NCBI GenBank assembly: GCA_976226885.1
Contig: OZ320316.1
Location: 107,818,001 to 107,882,000 of the forward strand
Reading direction: 5' to 3'
DNA from: Iphione sp. A-MEVVRFRX5
Lineage: Eukaryota
DNA length: 64,000 bases
The translations under genes were made by a program, and so were the position numbers. The notes beneath the pieces are model-generated. The model made no database searches, was not told the origin of the DNA, and saw only the letters and a program-made list of their open reading frames with translations. Positions 1-11,581 of the stretch are shown one piece after another (position 1 is the first letter of the stretch; each line of letters opens with the position of its first letter).

Positions 1-1987
1 TGTGGACCTTACTCAGCTTCCCCGTTATCTGGTCCTTGACCACAAAGTTGACCGGCGACAAGCATTCTACCACGCGATGATATGGCCGCCATCTCATATC
101 CAGTTTATGTTTTCGCAGGGGATTCTGTACATAAACAGGGTCCCCAATCTCAAAGGACACTTCGGTGGCACGCTTATCATGATACTTCTTCATGCGTTGT
201 CGCGCTTTAGCGACATTGTGACGCACCACTGTCATAGCTTGGTGATGCCGTTGCATCGCCAGCTTATGATGCTCCTCCCCATAATACTTCAACCTTGGTT
301 GGAGCAAAGTGTCCAAAGGCAACACCGGATCTCTTGCATGCAGCAAGTAAAAGGGGGTGTACTTAGTCAACTCATTCGTACTCATACGCATAGCCAACAA
401 GGCCGAGGGAATCACCTCCTCCCAATGTGCCATATCGCTCAATGTCAACTTTGCCACGATGTCATTCCATACCCAGTGCATACCCTTAACCTTACCGTTC
501 GCAGCTGGATGGTACGGACTTGTGGTGATACGCACTACACCGAGTTCCTTACAGAGTCCTGCGACAACCTCGTTCACAAATTCCGTCCCATTATCCGACA
601 ATAATACCACCAGACATCCGTGCCTTGGTATAATGTCCGTCGCTAGGATCTGTGCAACCGTCATGGCCCTCTTATCAACCATGGGGAACAACTCTGGCCA
701 TCCGGAATAGACATCGATCAAGGACAACACATACTTGTACCCTGCCTTGGACTCAGGATACGGCCCACACGTATCAACCGCTAACTTCTGAAATGGAAAG
801 ACAATGCTCTCCATTTCCTGCAGTGGTCTTAACTGCCTTCTCAGGTTCCTTGTGTTACACTCAACACATCGCCTGATGTATCTCACAATATCCACATACA
901 GATTTTTCCAATAATACAGTCCGCGTATGCGATCATACGTTTTATCAATCCCCATATGCCCCATCCGATCGTGTTGCTGATCCAACACTGTATTATGGAA
1001 CACCTGTGGCACCACCACACGTAAGCGGGCTTCCGGACGCTCACTCACATAGTACCACACTTCCTCCAGTCGCACAAACTTCAGCCCTTCCTTCAGCCGT
1101 CGGCATTCAGGGTCCTGCGCCTGTGCCCTTTTCAAATCTACATTTCGCAAGTCCGTTTCGCGAATTAGTGGTACGTCCTCTCCCTCCGAGTCGGTCTTGG
1201 GAGTATTCAGACGCTCACTCTCCTGGCTCTGAACAGAGGAGGAGTCACTAAGGGCCCCTGACTCCCCATCCGTATCCGTCCCTTCCACAGGAGCCATTTC
1301 TTCTGTGGTTGCGCCCTCATTACGCTTAGACCAGAGCCTACTCAAAGCATCAGTGGGTATATTTTGCTTCCCGGGGATATATTCAATTTCACAATTGTAC
1401 TCAGATAATTGCATAGCCCAACGCTGTACTTTAGCGTTCTTTTGTCCTGATTTGAACAAAAATTGCAAGGGTTTATGATCAGTCCGGACAATGAACTTAT
1501 GTCCATATAAGTACGATCTGAACTTGCGAATGGCGGACACAATGGCATACCCTTCCTTCTCAATTACGGGCCATCTCCGTTGGGTATCACTTAAATGGTG
1601 CGACATATACTGTATGGGACGTTCGCCTTCCTCAAATTCCTGGGCTAACACTGCCCCTATGCAAGCGTCACTTGCATCCGTGTACAGGATGAAGATTCTA
1701 TCGAACCTCGGGAACGCCAAAACTGGTGGGTGGGTCAGCTTCTCCTTTAGCTGATCAAAAGCAGTCTGACAATCTTCCGTCCACACAAACTCCGCATGCT
1801 TTCGGGTCATGGCAATGAGTGGCTCGGCAATCAGTGCAAAGGTAGGTACGTACCGCCGATAAAAACTGGCCATTCCAATAAAGGATCGCACCCCCTTCAT
1901 GTCCTGAGGTGGTTCTAACCCGGCAATGCTCTCTACCTTGTCCATATCAGGTTGTACCCCATCGGGGGTCACAACATGCCCCAGATA
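1..1987 (-). pseudogene. pol: RNase H and integrase region of gypsy 1 pol (disrupted)
   Basis: Minus-strand translation near 600-350 gives DNGTEFVNEVVAGLCKELGVVRITTSPYHPAANGKVKG (rve core; the catalytic E appears as K). Near 1650 it gives the RNase H motif DASDACIGAVL. Frames are broken. Confidence 0.9.
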
Positions 1988-2911
1988 TCAAATCTGTGGT
2001 GTGAAAAACTCACACTTGGAACGTTTAAGTTTCAAGCCTGCCTGTCGTAGCCGATCAAAAACCATCTGCAAATGGCACAAATGCGTTGCTTCATCTGGTG
2101 ACCAGATCAAGATATCATCAATGTACGCGGTGGTAAATGTGCCATTTATTCCATCGAGCACCTTTGCCATCAATTCACAAAACACACTCGGAGCGTTACA
2201 TAACCCGAAAGGCATGACATTGAATTCAAACAACCCCGCGTGACATGCGAAAGCAGTTTTAGGCCGAGAGGCTTCATTCATAGGCACTTGATGGTACCCA
2301 CTCCTCAGATTGAGAGTAGAGAAGCAAGTGCTGCCTCCCAGCTTAGCCAATATATCGTCGATGCGTGGTAACGGCCAGTTAAACTTAGAGGTCACATCGT
2401 TGACCCTTCTATAATCCACGCAAAACCGTTGGGTGACATCCTTCTTCTCTACCAAAACAATTGGAGACGCCCACGGGCTATGACTTGGCTGTATAATACC
2501 TGCGTCCAGCATGCCCTGGATCTTTTCTTCCACCACCCCCTGACGCGCAAGCGGCGTATGATAAGGCTTCTGCGCTATGGGAGTATGTAGCCCTGTATCT
2601 ATGTCCATAGTTAAAAGGTGGGTCCGCCCTAACTCCATGTCGGACGCTGCGAAAAGATCCTCATTCAATGTCACTAGCTCCTCTAGAGTAGTAGCTGCCT
2701 CTGGAATCATTCTCTCCACTGGTCCCGGCTTAGTTTGTATTAGACCAATCTCATGCACCGCTTCATTATTCACACCCTCTAACCTAGCTATCACATTACC
2801 CGTCTTGATAGCTATGGTGCGGGTAGTGGTGTTCACTACCACCACTGGGATATCTCCGTTCGCATGGGAAGTCAGGCAATTGGCTATCATTACTCCTGGT
2901 TCCTTAACCAA
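1988..2911 (-). pseudogene. pol: Reverse transcriptase part of gypsy 1 pol
   Basis: Contains SPWASPIVLVEKK, RFCVDYRRVN, LRSGYHQV, MPFGLCNAP and YIDD. Frameshifts at both ends. Confidence 0.95.
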
Positions 2912-3432
2912 GGGTCCTTCCTGGGATCCAGTGACGATAGAGTTCCCTCATCCTCGGGATCTCTCAACAGCCGTCTTCCCCGCAACACCATCGTGGTACC
3001 ACCTGGGATGACGAAGCTATCTACAGCCCTGACTACCGTTCCCAGCCGTTCCTCCCCTATCATGGGTATGGTTAGATGTCCACATCTCACCTTCTGCCGC
3101 CCCGGCATGAGCTGTATAGGGTGTCGGCTCAGCCAATCCCAACCAAGAATAAACGTGTGCCGGGTCCTCGTCAACACCCGAAAATCAACTTCAAAGTTGG
3201 TTTGCTGTATCCGAAATGAGACTCGAGCAACGCCTCGCTGCTCCAACACCCTACCCCCCACACCCTTAAGTGTGGTAGGCACATCCACCACATCCCAAGC
3301 TAGCCCCTTTTGTTTTAACAAGCGGTAGATATCCTCTCGCACCACAGACACATCTGCGCCCGTATCCAATAGAGCCCGATACCCAAACGGCCCCACTTGG
3401 ATCTTAATCGTTGGACGTTCCATTCCCGACAT
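2890..3432 (-). CDS. pol: Retropepsin aspartic protease of gypsy 1
   Basis: Contains ALLDTGADVSVV and the FILGWDWL motif. It is in the same frame as gag, after a single TAG. Confidence 0.9.
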   Translation of the reverse strand: MSGMERPTIKIQVGPFGYRALLDTGADVSVVREDIYRLLKQKGLAWDVVDVPTTLKGVGGRVLEQRGVARVSFRIQQTNFEVDFRVLTRTRHTFILGWDWLSRHPIQLMPGRQKVRCGHLTIPMIGEERLGTVVRAVDSFVIPGGTTMVLRGRRLLRDPEDEGTLSSLDPRKDPWLRNQE

Positions 3433-3447
3433 CCTGCCTCTCGAAAC

Positions 3448-4620
3448 CTAATTCCCCTGAGTGGAGTTATTCTTATTCGCTGGACACTGGGACTGGTAGT
3501 GCCCGAACTTCCTACAATTGTAGCACTGGACCTTCCTTCCCTTCGGGGCCTCTGCCCTAGCCGCCGATGGGTTCACCCCTTGAGCCCCTGTCTGCCTGCC
3601 CTTGGCTGTAAAACAATTCTTTGCATAATGACCCTTCTTTCCGCAACAATAGCAAGTTACGGACGTTGCTCGCTTCTTTTCCGCATCGACCACGTCAACT
3701 TCCATGGGAGTATGTTCGTCCCTACCTCGCAAGGTAAAGCGTCGGAGGACTTCCGTTTCGCCTCCCGCTGTCTTTACGGCATCCATGAATTGCGCCGGTC
3801 TCTCACGTATAACCTTCCTAGCTACCTTAGGGTTCTTCAACCCATCCACGAAGAACTCCACTAATTGCTGTTGCACCGCTGGCTGTTGTAATTCGGCTTC
3901 ATCAAATGCGTCCTTCGCTAAGTCTAAGAGTCGTTCTGAGTAAACATACACAGCCTCATCAGACTTCTGTTTACACTTCCTAAGAAGCCCTTTGGCATGG
4001 ACAGGATCAATGACTTCCCCGAAACAACGAGATAGCCTAGCCTTAAATTCCAGCCAAACTTCTGCCGTTAACACTGGCTCATCCGCCCCCAACTGCTGCT
4101 GACGCAAATTGTCGTCTTGTTCCTCTAGGTAACGGATGATAAAATCAGCCACTGACCCCTCTGCGGTTAGCTGTGCTTACTTCTGTTTAAATCGGACAGC
4201 CACTGCTGGTGTACTTACATAGCTGCGAGCAGCGTGTTCAATTGACTTCATCCATGTCTTAAAATGTTTCGGCTTCCCATCGAACGTTGTTACGCCTTGT
4301 CTTGCCCCTTGTAATGCTAAGTTATCTGTTACCCGTGTCAAATTCCGATCAATGCCCTGGAAGCATTGTTGCATAACTACATCTTCGGAGTTCTGGTTCG
4401 CTCCGCCAGTGGGATTCTGATTCGCTCCCGCAGCGAGATTCATTCCCCCAACGGGTCCCCCTGGGAATCGGTTAGCACCCCCTGAAGGCCCTGGTTGTGC
4501 GTTCTCATCCCACTCGATGCCTGTGTACCCACCTTGAGGGTTTACGTTTGGATTCAGATTTGGGTTTGGTGGTGGAAACTGTGGAATATCAAACCTCGAC
4601 GGGCGAACATCTGGGTTCAT
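3448..4620 (-). pseudogene. gag: gag of gypsy 1 (about 390 codons, one in-frame TAA at 4177-4179)
   Basis: ORFs 4177..4620 and 3448..4152 are in the same frame and separated by one TAA (KQK*AQLTAEG). Capsid-like region plus knuckles CYCCGKKGHYAKNC and CYNCRKFGHYQSQC. Confidence 0.9.
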
Positions 4621-5008
4621 CCTGGCCCCTTACTTCCTAAGCCAAAGTAACCGACCCCGGTTCGTTCTGGAAAGCCCTAGTCACTCCCATCGGGTCATGA
4701 GCCAACATACGGCAAGCCATTGCTACCATTGCGAACACAAACAAGCACAACAACATCAACATAGCAATCATACATCCTAACACAAGCGGCTCCATCTCTG
4801 GTCCCAGTTCTCTACAATTTTGGAACCATCCCTCATAGCTGCATTACACTACATCCGTCCCCCCTTCTCCCAACACCCTTGGTTGGCATTGGTGGACAGA
4901 AACAACCCCCACTCACCGTGACAACGTCGCGAGGCCATCCTGGCTTCCTGCATCATAGTTTCTTCGTCTTTCAGTTCGTGTTTCAGTTCACTTTTTCGGT
5001 CACAGTTC

Positions 5009-5716
5009 TTAGTTGTAGATCGGCGCCCCAGGTCGCAGCTCGGGTGGCGGTGTCCTACGGTTGCCTCTCGCTACCCCCATCCGCCACACTATCTGCGCGT
5101 CTTCCAACGGCATTCGTCCCTCTCTGAACGCCCGCAGGATCGCCTCAGTTTTCCGCCTCTCTCGACTCAACGCCTCACTCACCACCACCTCGTGTGCTGG
5201 CGCCGGCGTCCGTCGCTCGTCGTCCACGTCCCTCTGCTGTCGCTTACGTCGGGGAACAGGAACCACGGTCCCTGGTTTCGCTTCTAACCGGCTCTCGGTT
5301 GGGTCGGGGGTCCTCTCGCCTGCCGTGGCCGATAACTTCATACGAAGGTCCTCTGCCCCTCGTTCCTCTGCTCCTGTCATCAGCCGTCCCTCATCAGTCA
5401 CATCGATACGTCTCTGTTTCCGTGTAGCCGTTACAATAGACGCATCAGAATGAGGAGCCACAACCACCACATCTTGTCTGGCGTCGGGCACCCACGGAGG
5501 CACCCACCCAGTATGTAAGTGGCGTCCAGGTTGATCGAATGACTTAGTGACGCACAGGTATGATACTGGTGGTGTCGGCAGCAGCCCGTGCCCCTGTCCG
5601 TGCGGCCTTGTTCTACACGCCGGAGTGGAGCGTGTCTGCGCGCCCGCATATGCCACACATCGGTTAGCAGACTCTGCAACGTCTTCAACAAAGGGAAGAT
5701 GCGGTGACGCCCACAT
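5009..5716 (-). CDS. Extra 235-aa Arg/Pro-rich ORF in the gypsy 1 leader, between PBS and gag
   Basis: Open frame from an ATG at 5716, about 25 nt after the PBS, to a TAA at 5009. No recognisable domain. Confidence 0.45.
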   Translation of the reverse strand: MWASPHLPFVEDVAESANRCVAYAGAQTRSTPACRTRPHGQGHGLLPTPPVSYLCVTKSFDQPGRHLHTGWVPPWVPDARQDVVVVAPHSDASIVTATRKQRRIDVTDEGRLMTGAEERGAEDLRMKLSATAGERTPDPTESRLEAKPGTVVPVPRRKRQQRDVDDERRTPAPAHEVVVSEALSRERRKTEAILRAFREGRMPLEDAQIVWRMGVARGNRRTPPPELRPGAPIYN

Positions 5717-5740
5717 CCACCCTTCTTCTAGCGGCACAGA

Positions 5741-5761
5741 CGAATCCTGGTCACGGCACCA
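5741..5761 (-). promoter_or_regulatory. Primer-binding site for tRNA-His
   Basis: The minus strand reads TGGTGCCGTGACCAGGATTCG, complementary to the ...CGAATCCTGGTCACGGCA-CCA 3' end of invertebrate tRNA-His as I recall it. Confidence 0.85.
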
Positions 5762-5776
5762 AAATATTAACTCGGG

Positions 5777-6253
5777 TGTAACAAAGAACACCAAGAGCAG
5801 GTTCTTCAAATCGTCCGGCCTTTATTTCTGAAGCACAGCATCACAGGTTACACGGTTGTCTCTGGCGGGTCCCGACTAAGAACTCGCACTTCTCTCCTTA
5901 TATACCAAACAGTGACGTAAACAACGCTACGAAAATATGCAAGGCCCGCCGTGCTATCAGCAACGGAAGTCTCATTAGACAGCACACGATTGATCGCCCA
6001 TTGTGTCGACTCCAACTAGCTACAATACCGCATGCTTCCACTGATATCACCTCGTTAGTTGTAATGGTCACTTCGTTAACAAGATAAGGAACAACCTGTT
6101 TACAAGTTGGGCGTCACGTACGCCAATCGAAAATTTTAACTGCGTCTCCAGTAAAAGGTCTTTCTTTAACCACGTATATCTGTACACTATACAAAACACA
6201 GTACGCCCTTTTCTCATGCGTACATTCTTAACTCACTTTAGTACTGTGTTACA
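5777..6253 (-). repeat. Probable 5' LTR of gypsy 1 (about 477 bp)
   Basis: Bounded by the inverted 7-mer TGTAACA...TGTTACA. Minus-strand TATATAA at about 5898-5904 and AATAAA at 5821-5826. The partner LTR is not in the window, so the boundaries are unconfirmed. Confidence 0.6.
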
Positions 6254-6433
6254 ACTAATTAGTCTTTATATATTGTGTATGTACACCTGTTTTTTTTTAT
6301 ATCCATATCAAATTAATTTTCCATTATACTTACAGCAAAGAGTGACATTCTGCTATATTTCATTTTAATATGTCCACACCAATTTTATTCCTGAAGGTGA
6401 TGATGCTGGTGTCCCTCATGATGTCCATTTTGC

Positions 6434-6802
6434 CCCTCCTCCTGCAGACCAGCAGCTGCTGCAGCAGCACCAACAACACCAGCAGCTGGATGAGCGGCAG
6501 CAGCAACATCAGCGGCAACAGTAGCAGTTGCAGCGGTGGCAGCAACAGCAACAGCAACAACATCAGCAGAAACAACAACAACAGCTGCAGTTGCAGCAAC
6601 AGGAGCAATAACATCAGCAGCAACAAAAGCAGTTACAGCAGTGGCGGCAACAGCAGCAGCAGCAGCTGCAGTGGTGGCAGCAACATCAACAGCAAGAACA
6701 TCAGCAGCAACAACAGCAGTTGCAGCAACAGGAGCAACAACATCAGCAGCAACAACAGCAACAGCAGCAGTTACAGCAGCGGCAGCAACAGCAGCCACAG
6801 CA
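6434..6802 (+). repeat. CAG/CAA-rich low-complexity repeat (poly-Q-like, with in-frame stops)
   Basis: Degenerate (CAG/CAA/CAC)n array with recurring ...CAGTTGCAGCAACAGGAGCAA... units. It runs into the N gap. Confidence 0.9.
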
Positions 6803-6946
6803 NNNNNNNNNNNNNNNNNNNNNNNNNNNNNNNNNNNNNNNNNNNNNNNNNNNNNNNNNNNNNNNNNNNNNNNNNNNNNNNNNNNNNNNNNNNNNNNNNN
6901 NNNNNNNNNNNNNNNNNNNNNNNNNNNNNNNNNNNNNNNNNNNNNN
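6803..6946. other. Assembly gap (144 N)
   Basis: Run of N characters. Confidence 1.
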
Positions 6947-8479
6947 TAAGAAAATATTCACTGTTAATCTTTGGAGCATGCTTTCAGGAGTTGTCTCTAA
7001 TACTTATATGCATACAGGTATTAATGGCAGGAATCATTTGTTAAGAGTTATGTTTCAGAAGTAACTGTTTTTGTAACACATCACTTAAATTTGGTACATC
7101 TTTGTGCCTATCATATATATATGTGTCAGTATTAATCAAGAAGAACTCTTAAAATTTAAGGCATGTAGTATCCCAAACTACTAGGCCAACTGGTTATGGC
7201 CTGCATGGCATCTCCATGTATAAAAAACCATACATGGCAAGCCACCCACACAAGCATGCAAACCTCGCACAAACACAAGACAGCCACTAATGCCCATTTA
7301 ACATGTCCCATAATGTTACATGTCTTGCCCTAATGTAAACAAGGGTTTGTCTTCGGTTAATTCTGCAGATTCAGCCAGTTCCTCTTCTGAAGGCAGTGGA
7401 AACGTCATCATGCAAGCATTGAAGGAATTCGAGAAACGCCTCGACCGGCAGGACCCATAGGCCGGCGGCTGGATGCCCTCGAGTATCTAGCGCGTTTCCA
7501 TCGCCGTCCTTTGGATGCCAAAGACCACCAACTGCTCGCCCAAAGATACCAACGAATCAAGGATGTGACCGGTCTCTCACAGGAACAATACGAGGCATTG
7601 GGGCATCATATAATCAGGAACTTTGTTTTTTTTACCCCTATTGTAGACTTTTTTTTAATATTTATCCAAGTACTTTCTATATATACCCTTTTTACATGTT
7701 TCTGTTGAAGACTTTTTACTGTAACCATATGGACACTTTTGTCCTTGAACAGTACCAGATTACTGACACAGCTTAAATTAACTTTCTTTTAAACTCTTCC
7801 ATAACTTTTTAAAACTTTTCTTCTTTAATTTTTTTTTAATCATTTTTTATCATTTAAAGATTAGACTTTCCAAACAGCTTTTAAAATCATTTTCTTCTTT
7901 CAATGTAAAACTTATATTGTCAGTAACTTTTCACTTTTTTAACTTTTGATTTCTTTAACTTCAAATAAGTAATTTCTTTTTTATATTTTTGACTATAATA
8001 TTACATGTGGAGCAATGCTGTGATATTTTGTCGCTTTTGACACATATTTAACCTGGTACTGTTATAAATTTCTTAATTCAAGCTTCTGCAGGTGTTGGGA
8101 TTTCTTATCAAAATTTCTTCAAAGACATGATATATATGCACATTCAGCCCTAGTAAGTTAGTTCTTTATGCCTACGTGTGATCTTAAGATAATGTTATGT
8201 TCTGTGCAACTCCTTACACTTATAACACATCAACTACAAATATTTTGAAACTAGATATTTATTACATGAAGATAAAGAAAAGAAATGGGTCTCCCCCATC
8301 TCCCACACACCTCTTATATAAACACAGAATGGACCATTTTCGCAAACACTCATATACACAACTACTATAATGTTCAAAAATGGCAAACACTCATATACAC
8401 AACTACTACAATGTTCAAAAATGGCAGCGTAGGCAAAACGTGTATCCGACTCCCTCCCACAAGTGCACACAGAGGAATA

Positions 8480-10093
8480 ATGGGAAAGAAAGCAGCGTCC
8501 GCTGACAAGGGTAATGCAAATGGGAATACCCCCGTATTGAGATCATCTACGCGGAGAGATCGTAATGGCTCACAGGCGGGTGGAAATCCATGTCAAAACC
8601 CAGGCGGTTGGGACACGGTGACTAATGGTGGCAGGACATCGAGCACTGAGGGTGCAGGTACGACAGCCGGCATAGTCGCCAACAAACTGTCAACAAATGT
8701 GAGTACAGAGGCATGTAACAATAATTTGGTGCTAACGGAAGGCGCCGATGACACATCGGACACGCAGGGTCAACAAAAAGACACACCTGTTCAGGAACGT
8801 GGACCGGTAGCGAACATCAACGTGGAAGTACAGACTGAGGCAGCTTTCAACATCACTGTTGACACAATTGACAGGGCAGTAGATTCCTCGGTCCTCTTGG
8901 GGGATCTGCTTCAGTGCTTCACGGAATTTCGGGAAGAGAGCAGCAAGGAGATCAGCGAGTTGAAGTCAAGGCTCAACAAGGTGACCCGTAAGAAGGATGC
9001 TCTAGAACAATGCATATCGAAGTTGAGGATGGAACAAGATTGCCGCATACAAGCTGTCCATGATGGGCTGTCACATCTAAACAGCAGGGTAACTCTGTCC
9101 GAAAGATGGTGTCAACGAATCGATGAGGAGTTATCCAGATATGATATACATGACAGGAACCGAAGACTGGTTATCGAAGGTGTGAGAGGCGCGGACTCGG
9201 CTTCTATCAGACAAAACGCAATGAAGATAATCAGCACAGTGAAGGCCGACATACAGCGTCATATCATGGAGGTCGTCTGCTTGTCAGAAGGTAATGGAGT
9301 AGGCAAAGTGGGCAGGGAATCCCGCGATGAGGTTCTCAGGAATAAGGCACTCCTGGCCAAATCGGCATACTACACCGATGTCTTCATCAAGGAGGACATT
9401 CCCCCGAGGGCATTGAACGAACATAAACATCAATCGAGACTGGCGAGCTCGCTGCGAAGGAGAGGAAGACGCGCGATTGCGAAGGGCATTGACCCGCTAG
9501 TCGACGGGGAAAAATTCGCTCCATCGGAACTCGGAAGGCTACCTAACGATATCGCCGTCACTGATCTCACAACAATAATAACTGATGACCATTATTACTT
9601 TTCGAATGACACCCCGGGCTTGTCGCCAATAGAGCGAAGTGTTATCACTCACAATAATGAATTTTGTGAATCGGTCGAATTCGCGTACCAACGGGTTCAA
9701 TCGCGCGCCTTGGGTAGTGGGAAAGTTCAGCGCAAGGTAAACAAAGCGGGAAGTTCTCTCGAAGCCAGGAAACTTTGTGCAGAGTTAGAGGTAGACAAGA
9801 AATGGTTGGCCGAATCAAAGGTAGTACTTTGTGATATACTACGTGAAAAGCTCAAGTTTGACATGATTTTCAGGGATGTCTTGTGTAAAAGTGGTAAGCG
9901 TAACATAATATACGCGGACAGCAATCTGATACTAGGTTCAGGTATATCGTTGCGCAGACATGAGAACAGGGCTACGGAGTGGAAAGGTCATAATGTACTG
10001 GGGTTGGCACTAGAAGAAGTCAGAAACACTGATCCAAACGCAACAAGCTGCGTAGCATTGATAATGAATCAAACGCAGTGGGTTGCACAGTAG
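8480..10093 (+). CDS. LINE A ORF1 (537 aa): disordered N-terminus, coiled coil, RRM-like region, C-terminal NADAR-like domain
   Basis: Heptad region ISELKSRLNKV…LEQCISKL; RNRRLVIEGV; VFIKEDIP. The C-terminus has SVEFAYQ…KWLAESKVVLCDILREKLK…IIYADSNLILGSG…WKGHNVLGLALEEVR (NADAR/YbiA pattern). Confidence 0.8.
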   Translation: MGKKAASADKGNANGNTPVLRSSTRRDRNGSQAGGNPCQNPGGWDTVTNGGRTSSTEGAGTTAGIVANKLSTNVSTEACNNNLVLTEGADDTSDTQGQQKDTPVQERGPVANINVEVQTEAAFNITVDTIDRAVDSSVLLGDLLQCFTEFREESSKEISELKSRLNKVTRKKDALEQCISKLRMEQDCRIQAVHDGLSHLNSRVTLSERWCQRIDEELSRYDIHDRNRRLVIEGVRGADSASIRQNAMKIISTVKADIQRHIMEVVCLSEGNGVGKVGRESRDEVLRNKALLAKSAYYTDVFIKEDIPPRALNEHKHQSRLASSLRRRGRRAIAKGIDPLVDGEKFAPSELGRLPNDIAVTDLTTIITDDHYYFSNDTPGLSPIERSVITHNNEFCESVEFAYQRVQSRALGSGKVQRKVNKAGSSLEARKLCAELEVDKKWLAESKVVLCDILREKLKFDMIFRDVLCKSGKRNIIYADSNLILGSGISLRRHENRATEWKGHNVLGLALEEVRNTDPNATSCVALIMNQTQWVAQ

Positions 10094-10193
10094 TAATAGT
10101 GTGGGAAGTAATCTGTTCATAACCAATATTTACTGATACTTTTATCACCATATTAACTTGACAATATACGTGTATTCTAACCAGATAAGCTAA

Positions 10194-10895
10194 TTGAGTG
10201 CTGATTTTCATTATATAGAGGCATTCATTTGCAATCGAGCGCCATGGGACACTGGTAAACAAGAACGGATACTGGTGATATGTGATACGCGTACTGCTGT
10301 TTCGGCTATATCGATGCAACTTGAAGGTCTACCACCGCTCAGGGTTGACCTGGCAAGGGTGCACCATATCTCGTACAAGCGACTGGTAGCACGACGCATG
10401 CTGGTTGATACATCAACTTACAGTATGGTGATAGTGGCCATGCGTTTCGGCGATATACTGAAGCGTGAAACAGGCCAATGGTCGCCACGATTCTTCAAGA
10501 GGTCATCCTATGATCGTTATTACCACTACATCGGTAGGATGACGGTCATGGTATCCGGGCCGGAGGTGACTGGCCCAATACTGACTTTGGCCAATGTGGG
10601 CCCTATGGACATAACAGCACTGAAGCCTGATGTGGAGGACGTCTGCGAACAGATGATTCTCAACAACTTAATCGATATATACAATGCAGCTGCAGCCTGG
10701 ACATGCTCGCGCTACAATCTGCAGTCGCTGCCGCTTGAGTTGCCGTTTGTGCCGGATGAGAACAGTGACTTGAACACTCGAGATGACTACCTAAGGAGTG
10801 ATGGTCTGCATATCTCTGAGAGGGTAAGAAATATTTGGAGCGAGCAGTTTGCGCAATATATTCGAGAGTACATGAAAACAAAGACTGACAAGTGA
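10194..10895 (+). CDS. LINE A stand-alone SGNH-hydrolase-like ORF (degenerate active site)
   Basis: Block I-like ILVICDTR and block V LRSDGLHIS. It occupies the same position as the canonical SGNH ORF of LINE B. The start codon is uncertain. Confidence 0.65.
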   Translation: MSADFHYIEAFICNRAPWDTGKQERILVICDTRTAVSAISMQLEGLPPLRVDLARVHHISYKRLVARRMLVDTSTYSMVIVAMRFGDILKRETGQWSPRFFKRSSYDRYYHYIGRMTVMVSGPEVTGPILTLANVGPMDITALKPDVEDVCEQMILNNLIDIYNAAAAWTCSRYNLQSLPLELPFVPDENSDLNTRDDYLRSDGLHISERVRNIWSEQFAQYIREYMKTKTDK

Positions 10896-11581
10896 CAGGA
10901 TGATTGAACTAAACTATAATTAAAAACCAACCTCGAGCAAGACAATTATTATTTTGGGTGTGGGGTAAAATTAACAATTGTCATGTGTGTATGGGGTCAG
11001 GTGTCGTCGCAATGTGCACTTTACTATTATTAGGGAGGGATGGTACTCAGTAATCCTGACTGTATGTGTTAATCAAGAGCGACTTTCAACGTATATAAAA
11101 ACCAAAGTTGTGTTATAATAGATGTTAGACATTAACTGCCTGATGAATTGCTATGTTGTTGAATCTCAGTCACATCAGTTATAGTATCCTAAAACAGAGG
11201 CATAACAAACAGACATTTTTGGGTAAGAAAATTTTTCTAGATCGATTGTTATATATGTGTATACAACATTGTCGAGCAAGTAATATAATCAAGTGATGTT
11301 GTTGATGAACCTTTATTTAGGACTAGTAGCTGTGATGTTGTTAGTGTTGGGATCTTATAACTATTATGTATCAGGGAAGGGAGACATAGCATGGACAAAT
11401 ACATGTAGGGTGGGTTGCAGGTTACTGTACAAGACGGGAGGGAGTCAGAGTCGGAGCGATTCAAAATTGTTGTAGGGGCCGTTTGAACTTATTATAGGAG
11501 CCATTCGACATTAATACGGTAGTTAGGTCATATTACTAATCTCTAGGTATTAGGGGTGTGAGGGACAAACTGAGGACAAAT

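Larger units (their letters stand above)
1..6253 (-). mobile_element. Ty3/gypsy LTR retrotransposon 1, decayed; 3' end lies outside the window
   Basis: The minus-strand order is LTR, PBS, leader ORF, gag (2 CCHC knuckles), protease, RT, RNase H, integrase. PR-RT-RH-IN is the gypsy order. Several stops and frameshifts are present. Confidence 0.95.

Noticed and set aside
2-604. 200-aa plus-strand ORF and other long ORFs antisense to gag/pol/RT
   Set aside because: These are shadow frames of the retroelement coding regions on the opposite strand, with no independent coding signal.
6360-7064. Poly-S/poly-A/poly-L ORFs in the track
   Set aside because: These are artefacts of the CAG-rich repeat and the N gap.
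7390-7620. GC-richer patch with short ORF (MDAKDHQLLAQRY…)
   Set aside because: It is too short and I recognise no motif, so it cannot be assigned.
8342-8425. 41-bp tandem duplication upstream of LINE A ORF1, extending the ORF to 8285
   Set aside because: The duplication is real, but the upstream ATG extension looks incidental. ORF1 more plausibly starts at 8480.
11130-11170. CTGATGA here (also at about 36850, 40690 and 41360) as hammerhead cores
   Set aside because: No properly placed helix II plus GAAA box follows.
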